In this document: positions 37,064 through 47,237 of the stretch, in pieces
Layout of the letters: every line of letters begins with the position of its first letter
Position numbering within the stretch: position 1 is the stretch's first letter
Origin: an uncultured Anaerolineae bacterium
Lineage (GTDB): Bacteria > Chloroflexota > Anaerolineae > SpSt-600
DNA: 63,650 nucleotides
NCBI GenBank assembly: GCA_964655275.1
Contig: CAZZMI010000001.1
Span: 102,504-166,153, forward strand
Direction: 5' to 3'
The notes under the pieces: generated by a model
Databases searched by the model: none
Seen by the model: the letters and a program-made list of their open reading frames with translations, nothing else
Told to the model about the DNA's origin: nothing
Translations under genes and position numbers: made by a program

Positions 37064-38341
37064 ATGGGAGAATGTCCCCTCAGCGAAAGGGAGCTGGAAA
37101 TCCTCAGAATGGTAGCTTTGGGGGCCACCAACCAGCAAATAGCCAGCAAGCTCTACATTAGCCATAACACCGTTAAAGTCCACCTCCGCAACATTTTTGA
37201 CAAGCTTGGGGTTCAGTCCCGCACTGAAGCAGTGACTCTGGCTATAAAAGAAGGATGGATTGAAGTTGGAGGAATAACATTAAAGCCTCCCGAGCCCCAG
37301 GCCCCTCCTTTTCCCCGCTGGAAGAGAATCTTTCTGGCCTCCATTACCCTTCTGGCCATGGTAATCGTAGCTCTGCCATGGTTGGGAACTTTTCGGTTTG
37401 AAAAGCCCTCTTTTATCCTGGCTGATTCCTCTTCCCCTCTAAGAGCTGCCACTATGACATCTTCAGGCCGCTGGTTTCTTAAAAGCTTCCTTCCAACCCC
37501 TCGCTCGCGGATGGCTGTAGCGTTATGGGAAAACGCCATTTTCATCATCGGAGGAGAAGCAGGAGGAGCTATTACCGGTGAAGTTCTGGCCTATTACCCA
37601 AAAGATAACCGATGGGAAGAAAAAGCTCAGAAGCCTACCCCCGCAAGCAACATCGGAGCAGCCGTTCTGGAAGGAAAAATTTACATACCAGGAGGATATA
37701 CAGCCGACGGCAAATTGACTGATGCGCTGGAAATCTACGACCCTGCACAGGACACCTGGATGAAAGGGCCATCGTTGCCCATGCCTTTGTGCGGATATGC
37801 CATCGTTTCTTATGGAGGAAAAATTTACTTGTTCGGGGGATGGGATGGCAGAAAGGCCTCAGCCAGAGCTTTCTTATACGATCCTGAATCCGAAACTTGG
37901 AAAGAACTTCCGCCTATGTCTACACCCAGGGCCTTTGCTGCAGCTGTCGCCCTGAAAGACCGCATTTACGTGGCCGGGGGTTTAAGAGGCTCCCAAGAGC
38001 TGAAAGAAGTAGAAGAATTTAACCCGAACGAAATGCGCTGGCGAAAGCGTTCCTCCATGCTTTTGGGTAGGGCCGGCTTCGGAATGGGCATTGTTGGCTC
38101 ATGGATATACGCCATTGGTGGGGGATGGAAGAATTACCTGGCCTTTAACGAACGCTATGACCCCTCAGCTGATCTATGGACACCTTTTGATAGTCCTGTC
38201 CTGGGGGAATGGAGGAACCTTGGGGTTATTGCTATCGGAAACAGAATTTACGCTATAGGTGGCAGGAGCGGGGAACCACTCGCTTTTGTGGAAGAATACC
38301 AGGCTATTTTCACCGTTATGCTACCGTACGTGCAGAGGTGA
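37064..38341 (+). CDS. Membrane-tethered LuxR/GerE-type HTH regulator with extracytoplasmic six-blade Kelch propeller
   Basis: [45 protein letters not shown] (GerE HTH). TM segment [20 protein letters not shown]. Kelch blades IFIIGG, IYIPGG, IYLFGG, IYVAGG, IYAIGG, IYAIGG. Confidence 0.8.
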   Translation: MGECPLSERELEILRMVALGATNQQIASKLYISHNTVKVHLRNIFDKLGVQSRTEAVTLAIKEGWIEVGGITLKPPEPQAPPFPRWKRIFLASITLLAMVIVALPWLGTFRFEKPSFILADSSSPLRAATMTSSGRWFLKSFLPTPRSRMAVALWENAIFIIGGEAGGAITGEVLAYYPKDNRWEEKAQKPTPASNIGAAVLEGKIYIPGGYTADGKLTDALEIYDPAQDTWMKGPSLPMPLCGYAIVSYGGKIYLFGGWDGRKASARAFLYDPESETWKELPPMSTPRAFAAAVALKDRIYVAGGLRGSQELKEVEEFNPNEMRWRKRSSMLLGRAGFGMGIVGSWIYAIGGGWKNYLAFNERYDPSADLWTPFDSPVLGEWRNLGVIAIGNRIYAIGGRSGEPLAFVEEYQAIFTVMLPYVQR

Positions 38342-38345
38342 AGCC

Positions 38346-39269
38346 ATGTTTGAAATCGTTTTTCTGGGGACTTCGGCGTCGGCTCCCTCGGTCCAAAGGA
38401 ACTTACCTGCAGCTGTAGTCCTTTACAACCAGTATAGGTTCCTCATTGATTGTGGTGAAGGTACTCAGAGGCAGATCTTAAAAAGCGGATTGGGGTTCCG
38501 GCGCCTCAATAAGATACTTCTAACCCACGGCCACCTGGACCATATCCTTGGCCTTGGGGGATTAATATCTACTTTTGCCCGCTGGGAAGCCATAAATGAG
38601 GTGGAAATATACGGCGGCAAGTGGGCTTTGCGCAGGGTTAAATTGCTCATGAAAGTGGTTTTCATGGATGAAATCCCCCCTATAAACATCATCTATCGGG
38701 AAATTGGTCCCGGGGTCATCATGGAGGACGATAAGTTTATCCTCAAAGCCTTCAAGGTTATTCACAAAGGAGCCGATTCTCTGGGCTTTATTTTTGAAGA
38801 AAAGCCCAGGCGCCCGTTCCTGGTGGATAAGGCTGAAGCTTTAGGTGTCCCCGCCGGGCCGGAGAGGCGTCGCCTTGTGCAAGGAGAATCTATAACGTTG
38901 CCCGATGGGCGGATTATAAAGCCTGACGAAGTTTTAGGCCCTCCCATTCCCGGAGCAAAGCTGGTCTTCGTAGGTGATGCCTCCTCCACCCATGGCCTGG
39001 CTGAAGTGGCTCACAAAGCCGACGCTTTGGTAATTGAGGCTACATACCTTGAGCCTGAAAAAGAATTAGCCCGCCAGTACGGCCACATAACCGCAGCCCA
39101 GGCTGCACGCCTTGCCTTGGAAGCTGAGGTCAGGCATCTTTACCTTATACACATATCACGGCGCTATAGTATAAACGAAGTTCTGGAGGAAGCTCAGGCC
39201 ATATTTCCCAATACCACTGTAGTTAACGACCTGGACAGAGTCGTGGTAAAAAAACCTGAAACCGATTAA
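38346..39269 (+). CDS. rnz: Ribonuclease Z (MBL fold)
   Basis: [37 protein letters not shown]. The ATG at 38346 lies 4 nt after the upstream stop. Confidence 0.9.
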   Translation: MFEIVFLGTSASAPSVQRNLPAAVVLYNQYRFLIDCGEGTQRQILKSGLGFRRLNKILLTHGHLDHILGLGGLISTFARWEAINEVEIYGGKWALRRVKLLMKVVFMDEIPPINIIYREIGPGVIMEDDKFILKAFKVIHKGADSLGFIFEEKPRRPFLVDKAEALGVPAGPERRRLVQGESITLPDGRIIKPDEVLGPPIPGAKLVFVGDASSTHGLAEVAHKADALVIEATYLEPEKELARQYGHITAAQAARLALEAEVRHLYLIHISRRYSINEVLEEAQAIFPNTTVVNDLDRVVVKKPETD

Positions 39270-39280
39270 GGTGGAAGCTT

Positions 39281-39604
39281 ATGGGAAGGGACTTTATCGT
39301 TGTCCTTATTACCACAGGGTCTTACGAAGAGGCATTAAAGATAGCCCGGACCCTTGTGGAAGAAAAGTTTGCCGCTTGCGTAAACGTTATTCCCGAAGTT
39401 TCCTCCTTTTACTGGTGGGAAGGGAAAGTTCAGGAAGATAAAGAAGCTATGTTGATAGTGAAAACCACTGCTTCGGCTTTCCCTGCCCTTGAAAAAAGGG
39501 TTCGGGAACTTCACAGCTACACTGTGCCTGAAATCATCGCTCTTACGATAAAGGAAGGGTTTAAAGGCTACCTGGATTGGCTTGCAGACTCGGTGCTCAA
39601 GTAA
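39281..39604 (+). CDS. cutA: Divalent-cation tolerance protein CutA
   Basis: AACVNVIPEVSSFYWWEGKVQEDKEAMLIVKT is the CutA core block. Confidence 0.9.
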   Translation: MGRDFIVVLITTGSYEEALKIARTLVEEKFAACVNVIPEVSSFYWWEGKVQEDKEAMLIVKTTASAFPALEKRVRELHSYTVPEIIALTIKEGFKGYLDWLADSVLK

Positions 39605-40494
39605 ATAGCCATCGCCAGGGAAAGGAATCGCGTTTCCGCTTCATCAGCTCGGGAGTTTATGAGAATGGGCACTTTTGCCCCCACCACATGGCCAGCCATC
39701 CTGGCCCGGGCAAAATATAGAATTCCCTTGGCCATTATGTTCCCTGCTTCTACATTGGGGACAATAAGTATATCAGCCTGACCAGCAACGGGGGATTTTA
39801 TACCCTTAACTTTGGCTGAATATTCTGATATAGCCGTATCTAAGGCCATAGGTCCATCCACGATAGCCCCTTCAACCCACCCTTGTTCGGCCATCTTCGC
39901 TAAAGCCAGGGCATCAATAGATGCCGGAATTTTGGGATGAACAGCCTCAGTAGCTGCTAAAATTGCCACTCTAGGCATCTCAATACCAAAACGGTGGGCT
40001 ACTTCTACAGCATTACGGATGATCTCCAGCTTCTGGTAAACATCAGGGTAAGGGACTACCCCGCTATCGCTTATGTAAATTAACTTGTGCATCCCGGGGA
40101 TCTCAAAGATCCCCACATGGGTCATCAGGGTTTTGTCCCTGAGGCCGATCTCTTTGTTTAAAGCAACAGAAAGAAGCTCGGCCGTTTTGAGCTGGCCTTT
40201 TATGACGATATCCGCTTTCCCTTCTCTCGCCAGGAGCACCACTATTCTGGCAGCTTTGGAAGTTTCGGGTTCATGGATTATCTCAAAATCAGCTAAGGAT
40301 ATACCTTCCTGGCGGGCAATTTCTTTTATAGCAGGAGCATCCCCCACAAGGTAGCCTGATATTTCCAGACCAGCTCTGCGAGCTTCCTCAAAAGAGAGAA
40401 GAACTTCTGGGTCGTGGGCGGCAGCTACTGCTACTCTCCTTGGACCTTTATTTTTAGCCAGCTCTATCATCTGAGAGAAATTTTCAATTGCCAT
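39568..40494 (-). CDS. Phosphate acyltransferase of the PTA/PTB family (phosphate butyryl/acetyltransferase)
   Basis: RVAVAAAHDPEVL, DIVIKGQLKT, VDGPMALDTA, ADILIVPNVEAGNI blocks. Confidence 0.8.
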   Translation of the reverse strand: MAIENFSQMIELAKNKGPRRVAVAAAHDPEVLLSFEEARRAGLEISGYLVGDAPAIKEIARQEGISLADFEIIHEPETSKAARIVVLLAREGKADIVIKGQLKTAELLSVALNKEIGLRDKTLMTHVGIFEIPGMHKLIYISDSGVVPYPDVYQKLEIIRNAVEVAHRFGIEMPRVAILAATEAVHPKIPASIDALALAKMAEQGWVEGAIVDGPMALDTAISEYSAKVKGIKSPVAGQADILIVPNVEAGNIMAKGILYFARARMAGHVVGAKVPILINSRADEAETRFLSLAMAIYLSTESASQSR

Positions 40495-40506
40495 CCTCCT
40501 TTCTCC

Positions 40507-41556
40507 TCAGGGGAACATTACCACTTTGCCCACCTTTTTTTCAGGCGCGGTCAGAAGACGAAAGGCTTCTTCAAAGTTATCCATGGGCATTTTATGAGTG
40601 ATAATAGGTGATGGATCAAGCTTACCGGAATTGAGGAGTTCAGTCATTTGATACCATGTCTCCCAAAGGAGGCGCCCGTTTATGCCTATTATACGGGCTC
40701 CTTTGAAAATTACAGCATTAGCCCAATCCAAGGTAACTGGCTCTGATGGTATCCCAAAAGCCGTGAGCCTTCCCCCTCTACGGAGGACAGCAAATCCTTG
40801 CTCTAAAGCCAAAGGGCTTCCAGCCATTTCCAGAACTACATCAACTCCAATGCCCTCGGTTTTTTCTAGAATAATTTTAACTGGATCCTGGCCTTCGGCA
40901 ATATTTATGGAGAAGTCAGCCCCCATCCTGCGTCCAATTTCCAGCCGGTAAGAATTCATTCCTACCTGGAAGATAGTGCCGGCTCCTGCGGCTTTGGCCA
41001 CGGCTACAGCATTATTGCCTGCCGGCCCATCTCCGAAAATAGCCACTGTTTTACCAGATACTGGCTCAGCTAAAACAGCGTAAACAGCGTTGCCCAGTGG
41101 TTCCTGGATGGAAGCTATAGCAGGATCCATGTCTGAAGAGTTCTTCCATGCGCATATTTCGGGGATCACTACGTATTCAGCGAATGAACCGTTAGTATCA
41201 ACACCGATGATTTTAAGGTTCTGGCAGATATGAGGCTGCCCCCTGCGGCATATTGGGCAAGTCATATCGGGAATGTGGCTTTCGGCGGAGATGAAATCTC
41301 CTACTTTCAAAGTTTTCACATTTTTCCCCACTTCCACCACTTCTCCGCAGAATTCATGCCCTATAATAAGGGGTGGTTTTATCCGGCTTTGCGCCCAATG
41401 GTCCCAATTATATATGTGCACATCAGTCCCACAAATTGAGGTAGCTCGAACTTTCACCAGCACTTCATCAGGGCCTGGATAGGGTATGTCCACCAGATCC
41501 ATTTCCAGGCCCGGGCCAGGTCTTTTCTTGAGGATAGCTTTCATTTTTTCGCCCAT
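40507..41556 (-). CDS. tdh: L-threonine 3-dehydrogenase (Zn-dependent MDR)
   Basis: EVLVKVRATSICGTDVHIYNWDHWA, GHEFCGEVVEVG, and structural-Zn Cys cluster DMTCPICRRGQPHIC. Start is ATG 41556 (after AGGAGGA) or 41544. Confidence 0.85.
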   Translation of the reverse strand: MGEKMKAILKKRPGPGLEMDLVDIPYPGPDEVLVKVRATSICGTDVHIYNWDHWAQSRIKPPLIIGHEFCGEVVEVGKNVKTLKVGDFISAESHIPDMTCPICRRGQPHICQNLKIIGVDTNGSFAEYVVIPEICAWKNSSDMDPAIASIQEPLGNAVYAVLAEPVSGKTVAIFGDGPAGNNAVAVAKAAGAGTIFQVGMNSYRLEIGRRMGADFSINIAEGQDPVKIILEKTEGIGVDVVLEMAGSPLALEQGFAVLRRGGRLTAFGIPSEPVTLDWANAVIFKGARIIGINGRLLWETWYQMTELLNSGKLDPSPIITHKMPMDNFEEAFRLLTAPEKKVGKVVMFP

Positions 41557-41577
41557 GTTTTCCTCCTTTAAGGACAT

Positions 41578-41613
41578 AAAAAAACCCGGCTTCCTGTCCG
41601 GAAACCGGGTTTT
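41578..41613 (-). terminator. Canonical intrinsic terminator immediately after the fmdB-like gene
   Basis: Minus-strand RNA: CCCGGUUUCC-GGACA-GGAAGCCGGG followed by U7. Stem arms are at 41585..41594 and 41600..41609. The hairpin starts 4 nt after the stop codon at 41614..41616. Confidence 0.7.
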
Positions 41614-41847
41614 CTACCTGGAGCATCCTGTGCACGTAGTCGCCGTGCACCCTGAGCAAGGACTTCCTCCTAAGCTTCTGGTATTCCCCCCTTCGCCACG
41701 GCTAACGGCTGCAAAAAGAGAGATTGCCCTTTCCGTGTCAGAGCTTCCACAGTAAGGGCAGTCAGCGGGATCGTTTGCCTTATTTATAGGACGTAAAAGC
41801 TCAAAGGTCTTACCGCAGCTTCTGCATCTGTACTCGTAAATGGGCAT
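41614..41847 (-). CDS. FmdB-family zinc-ribbon protein
   Basis: MPIYEYRCRSCGKTFE...CPYCGS is the diagnostic CxxC...CxxC ribbon. Cys-rich C-terminal tail. Confidence 0.85.
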   Translation of the reverse strand: MPIYEYRCRSCGKTFELLRPINKANDPADCPYCGSSDTERAISLFAAVSRGEGGNTRSLGGSPCSGCTATTCTGCSR

Positions 41848-42173
41848 TTCTTATACCCCCTTTACCCTGGGTTTGCGGTTTTATTTTACCACCGTTGTTT
41901 CCCCGATGCAAGGAAATCTAAATATTGGGACACCCCTTTTTCTTGCCTTTTCCCCCTGGCTAAAGGCTCAGGAGATAAGAAGGGTTAGGCGGCTCCTATC
42001 CCGAGTATTACAGCTGCTGGCGAACTGGTATTCCATACCCTAGAACGCTGGCGTTAAGCGCTTTAATATGGCAGCCTCCACTATACAGATGCCCGCCATT
42101 TTAACTGGGTGCAAAGCACGGACCCATTTCTGTTTCCTCTGGAAAGCCCTATAGTTGATAGCTTCTCGCATAT

Positions 42174-45038
42174 CTAAGGGATTATTTTAAAGCTATCGCC
42201 CAGTGGATTACCTGCCTCATCTTGCAAGGGTAAACGTTCTTCAGTGGCAGGGTCATAAGCACCGAGAGAAATGAGGTAAGAACCATCGGTAGGAACAGGA
42301 AGTTCATAAGAGGAACATATATATTCGCCTGGTAACCAGGCGGTAGTTGGGTTTTTACCGTAACCAGGGATTGTATCTACTTGGCTTAGGAGAGTGCCTT
42401 CTGGAGCTAAAAGATGGACAAAAGTTACATATGAGGTGGACATTTCTCTTAAAGCCTGCCAGCATAGTGTGATTTTCAAATTCTCCCCTAATTTAGCCGT
42501 TGAAAATTCGTATCCCACTAATCGGAAAAGGTTGCTGAAATAAACATTGGCTTTGTTTGCCAAAGTAGGCATCACAAAATTGCGAGGCCAACTTTTTACC
42601 TGTATTGCTCCCAGGGTGGCATTGATTTCTTCCCCTCTTAGCTCAATTTTAACACCTAAAGTATAATCCCCTGCGGGCGTTGTTCTCCCTAAAATCAAGT
42701 CATAGCGATCAGTAACTACTTCACCTGCCCTCCACAATTCAGGGGGATAGTTAAGCCCAATGGGAAAACTTGCGCTCTGAATTATATTGCCCGCGGAATT
42801 CACCAATTCAATTTTAACATTACCTCCTGCAGGTGAATCTTGTAAAGCTTGCCAATAAAAGGTTAAGGTAAACTTATCCCCAGGGATAAGTTCTTTTGGT
42901 GGTAGCTCAAAACCAAACCAACATAAAGAAAGGGGAGCATTTAAGCAAACATTTTTTATCACCCCGGGTTGAGGTAGGCTAAATTGCCTGGCTGGCATCA
43001 AGGTGAATTCTCCGATCCTCGCCAACCTTGCTGAAGCTCTGGGTCCAACAGTTACTGGTAGCTTTTGCAAACTTTCAGCCTCATAAACAGCCACATTAAT
43101 TTGATATCTCCCCGGGGTAGTCCCTGGAGGTATAGGTATTAGACGGTAGTCCAGCCCCTGATTATTAGCTTGCCAGGAAGAAGTAAAATTCCACGTTTTA
43201 TCCATTAGAAAGCGATCGTCTTGAGCAATAATATGTCCGGCTTCATCTGTGATATAGACAGCAGCTTTGTAATCTTGCCCTGGGGGATTAATTGCTTCCC
43301 ATAAGAAAACTACCCACATAATTTCTCCAGAATTAACTTCTTCTTTCAGATTAAATCCCCTAAGGGCTATCTTTTTGTCAAAATGGATTGCCACAGATTT
43401 TGCAGGATAAAGGGTAAAATCCAATACTTGCGGCATTTCATAGATGCTTACCGTAATGCCATTAAAAGTTCTTCGCTCTTTCAGAGTTCCAACTTGTTCC
43501 AAGAGGAACCGTAATAAACCCTTTTTATCACCGTGAATTAAGGCAGCCCACTTAAGGGCATCAAAATCCCACTCCACCAATCCCACAAGCTTACGCCCTT
43601 TTATGGCTTCTTTAAGCTTTTTAGGCGCTTCACTTTCGTTAGCAGGTATGAATTTAAAGGGGGTATTGCTAGCATAGTTAAAGGTAAAACTAGAAGGAGC
43701 GAAAGGGGTTGCCTGGAAGGAGCTATTAGGGAGAAGCCAAATTTCAGGTTGTGGGGAGTAGCGGCTAAGCAAATGAGCCGTCTCCACAAAAATTTCATCA
43801 AACGACATGGTTTTACTCACTTCAATAGCCCATACCCTGAAGTAATCGTAAAAGGTTTTATAACCTTCCAAACCCATAAATAAAAAGAAAAATCCCCACG
43901 CAATAAAAGCAACTGGTCGTATCCTGTTTTTGAGGATTTCCAGAGCATAGTCTATAGTTATGGCAGGGAAAAGGCATGCAGGAATAAAAGCCCCGGAAAT
44001 ATGCAGGAAATGTGGCCCTACATCGTTCTTGGCTAATATGCCGGGGAGAAGCGTTACCCCCAAATTAAGGAGAATAAAAGAATAAGGGGCTTTACGAATC
44101 TGCGCTATGGCAATCACTATACCTGCCCAGAAAAACAGAGACATAACAGGGTCAAAAATTGGCTTGCCCGGAAGATTATGTCGCCATCGGCCATCTCCTG
44201 TAAAACCAAAGAGTGCTGCATGCTCTGAAATTTGCTTGATAATAAGCGGGAAAAGCTTACCTTGATGAACTTTTGGGTTAAATATGAATTGGTTAGTATA
44301 GCGAGGGGAAGTAAAAAAATTGGGTAAAAATTTGACCAGAAAAAGCAGGGATGTTAGCGCAAAACCAGCCCAGAAAAACGCAGATAGCTTAAAGTCCATC
44401 TTACTGCGTCTACTCCATAACCAGCTTGCCCAGAAAATCATCATAGCAAATATCAGAGCGAAAGAAGCCTGGTAACAATAAAGGCTCAGTCCTAATACCA
44501 TTCCGGCGCACACGGTGCTCCATAACTCTTTTCTGTGTATTCCCCGCCAGAACATATACCAGGCAAGGGCTTGTACAAAAGGCAAAGGGTTGGGAGGAAA
44601 AGCTAAACGGTTTAAGTGCACACAAGCAAAGGTTATTGCATAAAGCCCAGACGCAATAAAGGCTATAAGGCGCCGATTAAAGCTTTCATAAACCCATAGA
44701 TATATGAAAGGTATAGTCATAATCCCACTAAGGGCAACCCCTATGCGCAAAGCGACGGCTGAACGCCCCATTATTAGCACTGGTAAAGCAGAAAAATATG
44801 ATGAAAGGGTACCAAGTTCTGAGATTTGAAGCAATTCGCCTTTGACGATCCTCAGGGTAATATAACCCCAATCTGCTTCATCGCTGCTTAACCCCGGGGG
44901 CACCGAGTTGATACTCCATAATCTGAAAAAAGCTCCCACTAAAGTTACGAAAATGATAAGCATAAAGTCCAAAACATTTGGATCCTGTTTTATTTTCCGT
45001 TCGGGATCGGCATGAAGAATTCGTAAACGCATATCCAA
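42174..45038 (-). CDS. GT-C-fold membrane glycosyltransferase (PMT_2 / ArnT-like, GT39/GT83-type) with three C-terminal extracytoplasmic repeat domains
   Basis: FRLWSINSVPPGLSSDEADWGY (first-loop DE motif) and at least 11 TM helices. C-terminal triple repeat built around W(E/Q)A(L/I). Start is TTG 45038 or ATG 45032. Confidence 0.75.
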   Translation of the reverse strand: MDMRLRILHADPERKIKQDPNVLDFMLIIFVTLVGAFFRLWSINSVPPGLSSDEADWGYITLRIVKGELLQISELGTLSSYFSALPVLIMGRSAVALRIGVALSGIMTIPFIYLWVYESFNRRLIAFIASGLYAITFACVHLNRLAFPPNPLPFVQALAWYMFWRGIHRKELWSTVCAGMVLGLSLYCYQASFALIFAMMIFWASWLWSRRSKMDFKLSAFFWAGFALTSLLFLVKFLPNFFTSPRYTNQFIFNPKVHQGKLFPLIIKQISEHAALFGFTGDGRWRHNLPGKPIFDPVMSLFFWAGIVIAIAQIRKAPYSFILLNLGVTLLPGILAKNDVGPHFLHISGAFIPACLFPAITIDYALEILKNRIRPVAFIAWGFFFLFMGLEGYKTFYDYFRVWAIEVSKTMSFDEIFVETAHLLSRYSPQPEIWLLPNSSFQATPFAPSSFTFNYASNTPFKFIPANESEAPKKLKEAIKGRKLVGLVEWDFDALKWAALIHGDKKGLLRFLLEQVGTLKERRTFNGITVSIYEMPQVLDFTLYPAKSVAIHFDKKIALRGFNLKEEVNSGEIMWVVFLWEAINPPGQDYKAAVYITDEAGHIIAQDDRFLMDKTWNFTSSWQANNQGLDYRLIPIPPGTTPGRYQINVAVYEAESLQKLPVTVGPRASARLARIGEFTLMPARQFSLPQPGVIKNVCLNAPLSLCWFGFELPPKELIPGDKFTLTFYWQALQDSPAGGNVKIELVNSAGNIIQSASFPIGLNYPPELWRAGEVVTDRYDLILGRTTPAGDYTLGVKIELRGEEINATLGAIQVKSWPRNFVMPTLANKANVYFSNLFRLVGYEFSTAKLGENLKITLCWQALREMSTSYVTFVHLLAPEGTLLSQVDTIPGYGKNPTTAWLPGEYICSSYELPVPTDGSYLISLGAYDPATEERLPLQDEAGNPLGDSFKIIP

Positions 45039-45044
45039 ACCCCG

Positions 45045-47237
45045 TCAGTGTTCTAGAGGAAGAACCTCCACTTTTGCCAATTTTATGTGGTCTAAATTCC
45101 CGCTGAAAATGAAACGATTCTGCTCAGAATACAGCACCAAGATCAATTCGTATTCTCCGGGTGTTTCAGGCAGCTCCAAAGCGTACCTTGCCGTGAAGCT
45201 TTTTTCTTTTTCTGAAGATTGAGGTTCCATTAAAAGTGAGACTGGATAATCAACTTGACAGGCTAATTTGCCCCTTTTGTCCAGCAATTGAAGCGAAGTC
45301 TTCCAATCGCTTATAGTTGTTACAGGCAATTCCCAATGCAGTTCAATGAACAGAAAATCAGAAGTGCTAGGAGTTAAACTGGAGGCTTTAACAGTGTACC
45401 CGGTCAATTCAATTCCCTCTCCCAATCGCCCTGCTGAAATTACCTCCTTGCCCCCTCTTTTAAATTGAGCAACCCTTACTGATGGTCCGGTCCATTTGCT
45501 TCCAGCGTAATAAAGCCGTTTAGCCAAGGCAAATTCCACCCAGCGCTCAGGAGAGGTCTCCGTGAGACCTTGCATGACCACCCAAATATTTTCAGCATTG
45601 CCTATTGATCGCCATAATTGTTCTTCCCATTCAGGCTGGTCGTCTATGTGCTGCTCTTTTATTACAATGATGTGGGGCGGACAAAGGCCCTTGCAATAAT
45701 TTAGCATCGCTACTCGAGGTATATAAGCCCAAGGAGGTTCACCCCACATATAAACAATAAGCTTATCACTCGCATTGCCTTTTTCCCGTAGAAGTTTGTA
45801 AGCTTCAACAAAACCGCTTTTGCCCCCGAAGTCCTCATCATAGTATGAAGAAAATAGAAGGGAAGAAATTAAAGCTAAGAACAATAAAACCAAAACGCTC
45901 AGGTTAAGTTTTAACCCCTTAAGCTTTCCCGATATCAAGTTGCGGGCGGACAGTGAAACTAGGAATAAAAAGATGGTTAAAGGGATAAATAAAGTCCAGC
46001 GCATTCCAGCAGTGGAGGCCCAAGCCACTTCAGCTCTGGCAAGGTTCAGAAAGCGCCAGTGATTTAAAGGCGGAGAAAAACGTAGATGCCAAGTAAATTC
46101 TTGAAAAGTTATACCCCTTTTAAAGACAACTTCATAGAAGGGGTATGCAACTAAACTTTGCATACCTGCAAACAAGGCACTAAGCAGGAAGAGAAACCCA
46201 AAAAGAAACATAAAAACCCTTTTATTGCCGAAAAGCCTTATCGTCTCGGCCAAAGGTAGGCAAAGAAATGGCAAAACTGGATTTACTTGTCTAGGCCCCC
46301 ATCCCCAGAATCCCCACCAGAAGTAACCACGTGTAGAAGCAACCAGGTAAATTAAACCAAGGCCTGCCAGGAAAATACCTCCTCCGGATTTTTTGCGGAA
46401 GAACCCGGGTAATCCAGGGATGGTTAATAGCAGGACAGGACAAAACACGAAAAGCCCCCACCCGGGACTAAATAAAAGTCCCACCAGGTTACGTAAATCC
46501 GGGAAGGCATCGCTAAACCTTTGAGGGAAAGGCACGTAATTTTTGGTTGCTATCCAGAAAAGTATAGCTGTAGGTAAGATAACGCTGATGAGTATTAAAA
46601 CCTTCCGCCTGAGCCCGATCCTGAACCAGTGAGCCCAAAAAGCCTCAGGTTCCTTACGGGTATAGAAAATCCATGCCAAATAGAAGAAAAACGGAAAAAT
46701 GAGGAAAGAAGTTGTCCGTTTTGTAAGTGAAGTCCAGATAAAGGTTAAAAGCCATCCGAGTAACTTCTCAAAGCCACCCATTTTTTGATAATTCAGCAGT
46801 AAGAGGGCCGCCAGCGTAAGCCCCATAGCGGCAAGGGGTTCTCTTAAAAGGTAACCGCTATATGGCCAGGCAAGAGTTCCCGCTCCGTATACAATGGCTA
46901 CAATCGCAGCGATTTCAACCTTATAATCAAGCTCCAAAAGCAGAGCGACTATTAAACCGCCCGTAACAGCGGTGGCGATAGAATTCAAAAAGGTTAAGAT
47001 TTGATAAGTCCCTATGTTTTCTACAAGCTGGCTCAGAACTAAAAGGGGGATGCCAATTGCATACAGGCCTATGTATTGCACATGGCCAGATGGAAGGGTG
47101 TGAAAGCCGGTAGACAAAGCCTGGGCCATCATGTCTATAAACAGCCATTCATCTGGCGAATGAGAGGTGCCTTTATAGCTCCATAGATATAAGGCCAGCA
47201 GAAATAGGATCACCCCTGCTATTACTTGCTTTTTCAT
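45045..47237 (-). CDS. GT-C-like polytopic membrane protein, second paralogue, with one C-terminal repeat domain
   Basis: Many TM helices. First-loop SHSPDEWLFIDM. C-terminal FLFIELHWELP...PGEYELILVLY repeat. The ATG at 47237 is ATGA-coupled to the upstream stop; an alternative ATG is at 47252. Confidence 0.7.
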   Translation of the reverse strand: MKKQVIAGVILFLLALYLWSYKGTSHSPDEWLFIDMMAQALSTGFHTLPSGHVQYIGLYAIGIPLLVLSQLVENIGTYQILTFLNSIATAVTGGLIVALLLELDYKVEIAAIVAIVYGAGTLAWPYSGYLLREPLAAMGLTLAALLLLNYQKMGGFEKLLGWLLTFIWTSLTKRTTSFLIFPFFFYLAWIFYTRKEPEAFWAHWFRIGLRRKVLILISVILPTAILFWIATKNYVPFPQRFSDAFPDLRNLVGLLFSPGWGLFVFCPVLLLTIPGLPGFFRKKSGGGIFLAGLGLIYLVASTRGYFWWGFWGWGPRQVNPVLPFLCLPLAETIRLFGNKRVFMFLFGFLFLLSALFAGMQSLVAYPFYEVVFKRGITFQEFTWHLRFSPPLNHWRFLNLARAEVAWASTAGMRWTLFIPLTIFLFLVSLSARNLISGKLKGLKLNLSVLVLLFLALISSLLFSSYYDEDFGGKSGFVEAYKLLREKGNASDKLIVYMWGEPPWAYIPRVAMLNYCKGLCPPHIIVIKEQHIDDQPEWEEQLWRSIGNAENIWVVMQGLTETSPERWVEFALAKRLYYAGSKWTGPSVRVAQFKRGGKEVISAGRLGEGIELTGYTVKASSLTPSTSDFLFIELHWELPVTTISDWKTSLQLLDKRGKLACQVDYPVSLLMEPQSSEKEKSFTARYALELPETPGEYELILVLYSEQNRFIFSGNLDHIKLAKVEVLPLEH

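Noticed and set aside
42040-42171. 43-aa minus-strand ORF (MREAINYRAFQRKQKWVRALHPVKMAGICIVEAAILKRLTPAF) in the gap after the GT-C block; considered as a transposase or integrase remnant marking an island border
   Set aside because: No RBS and no motif I can tie to any mobile-element protein. There are no flanking direct or inverted repeats. I left it as non-coding.
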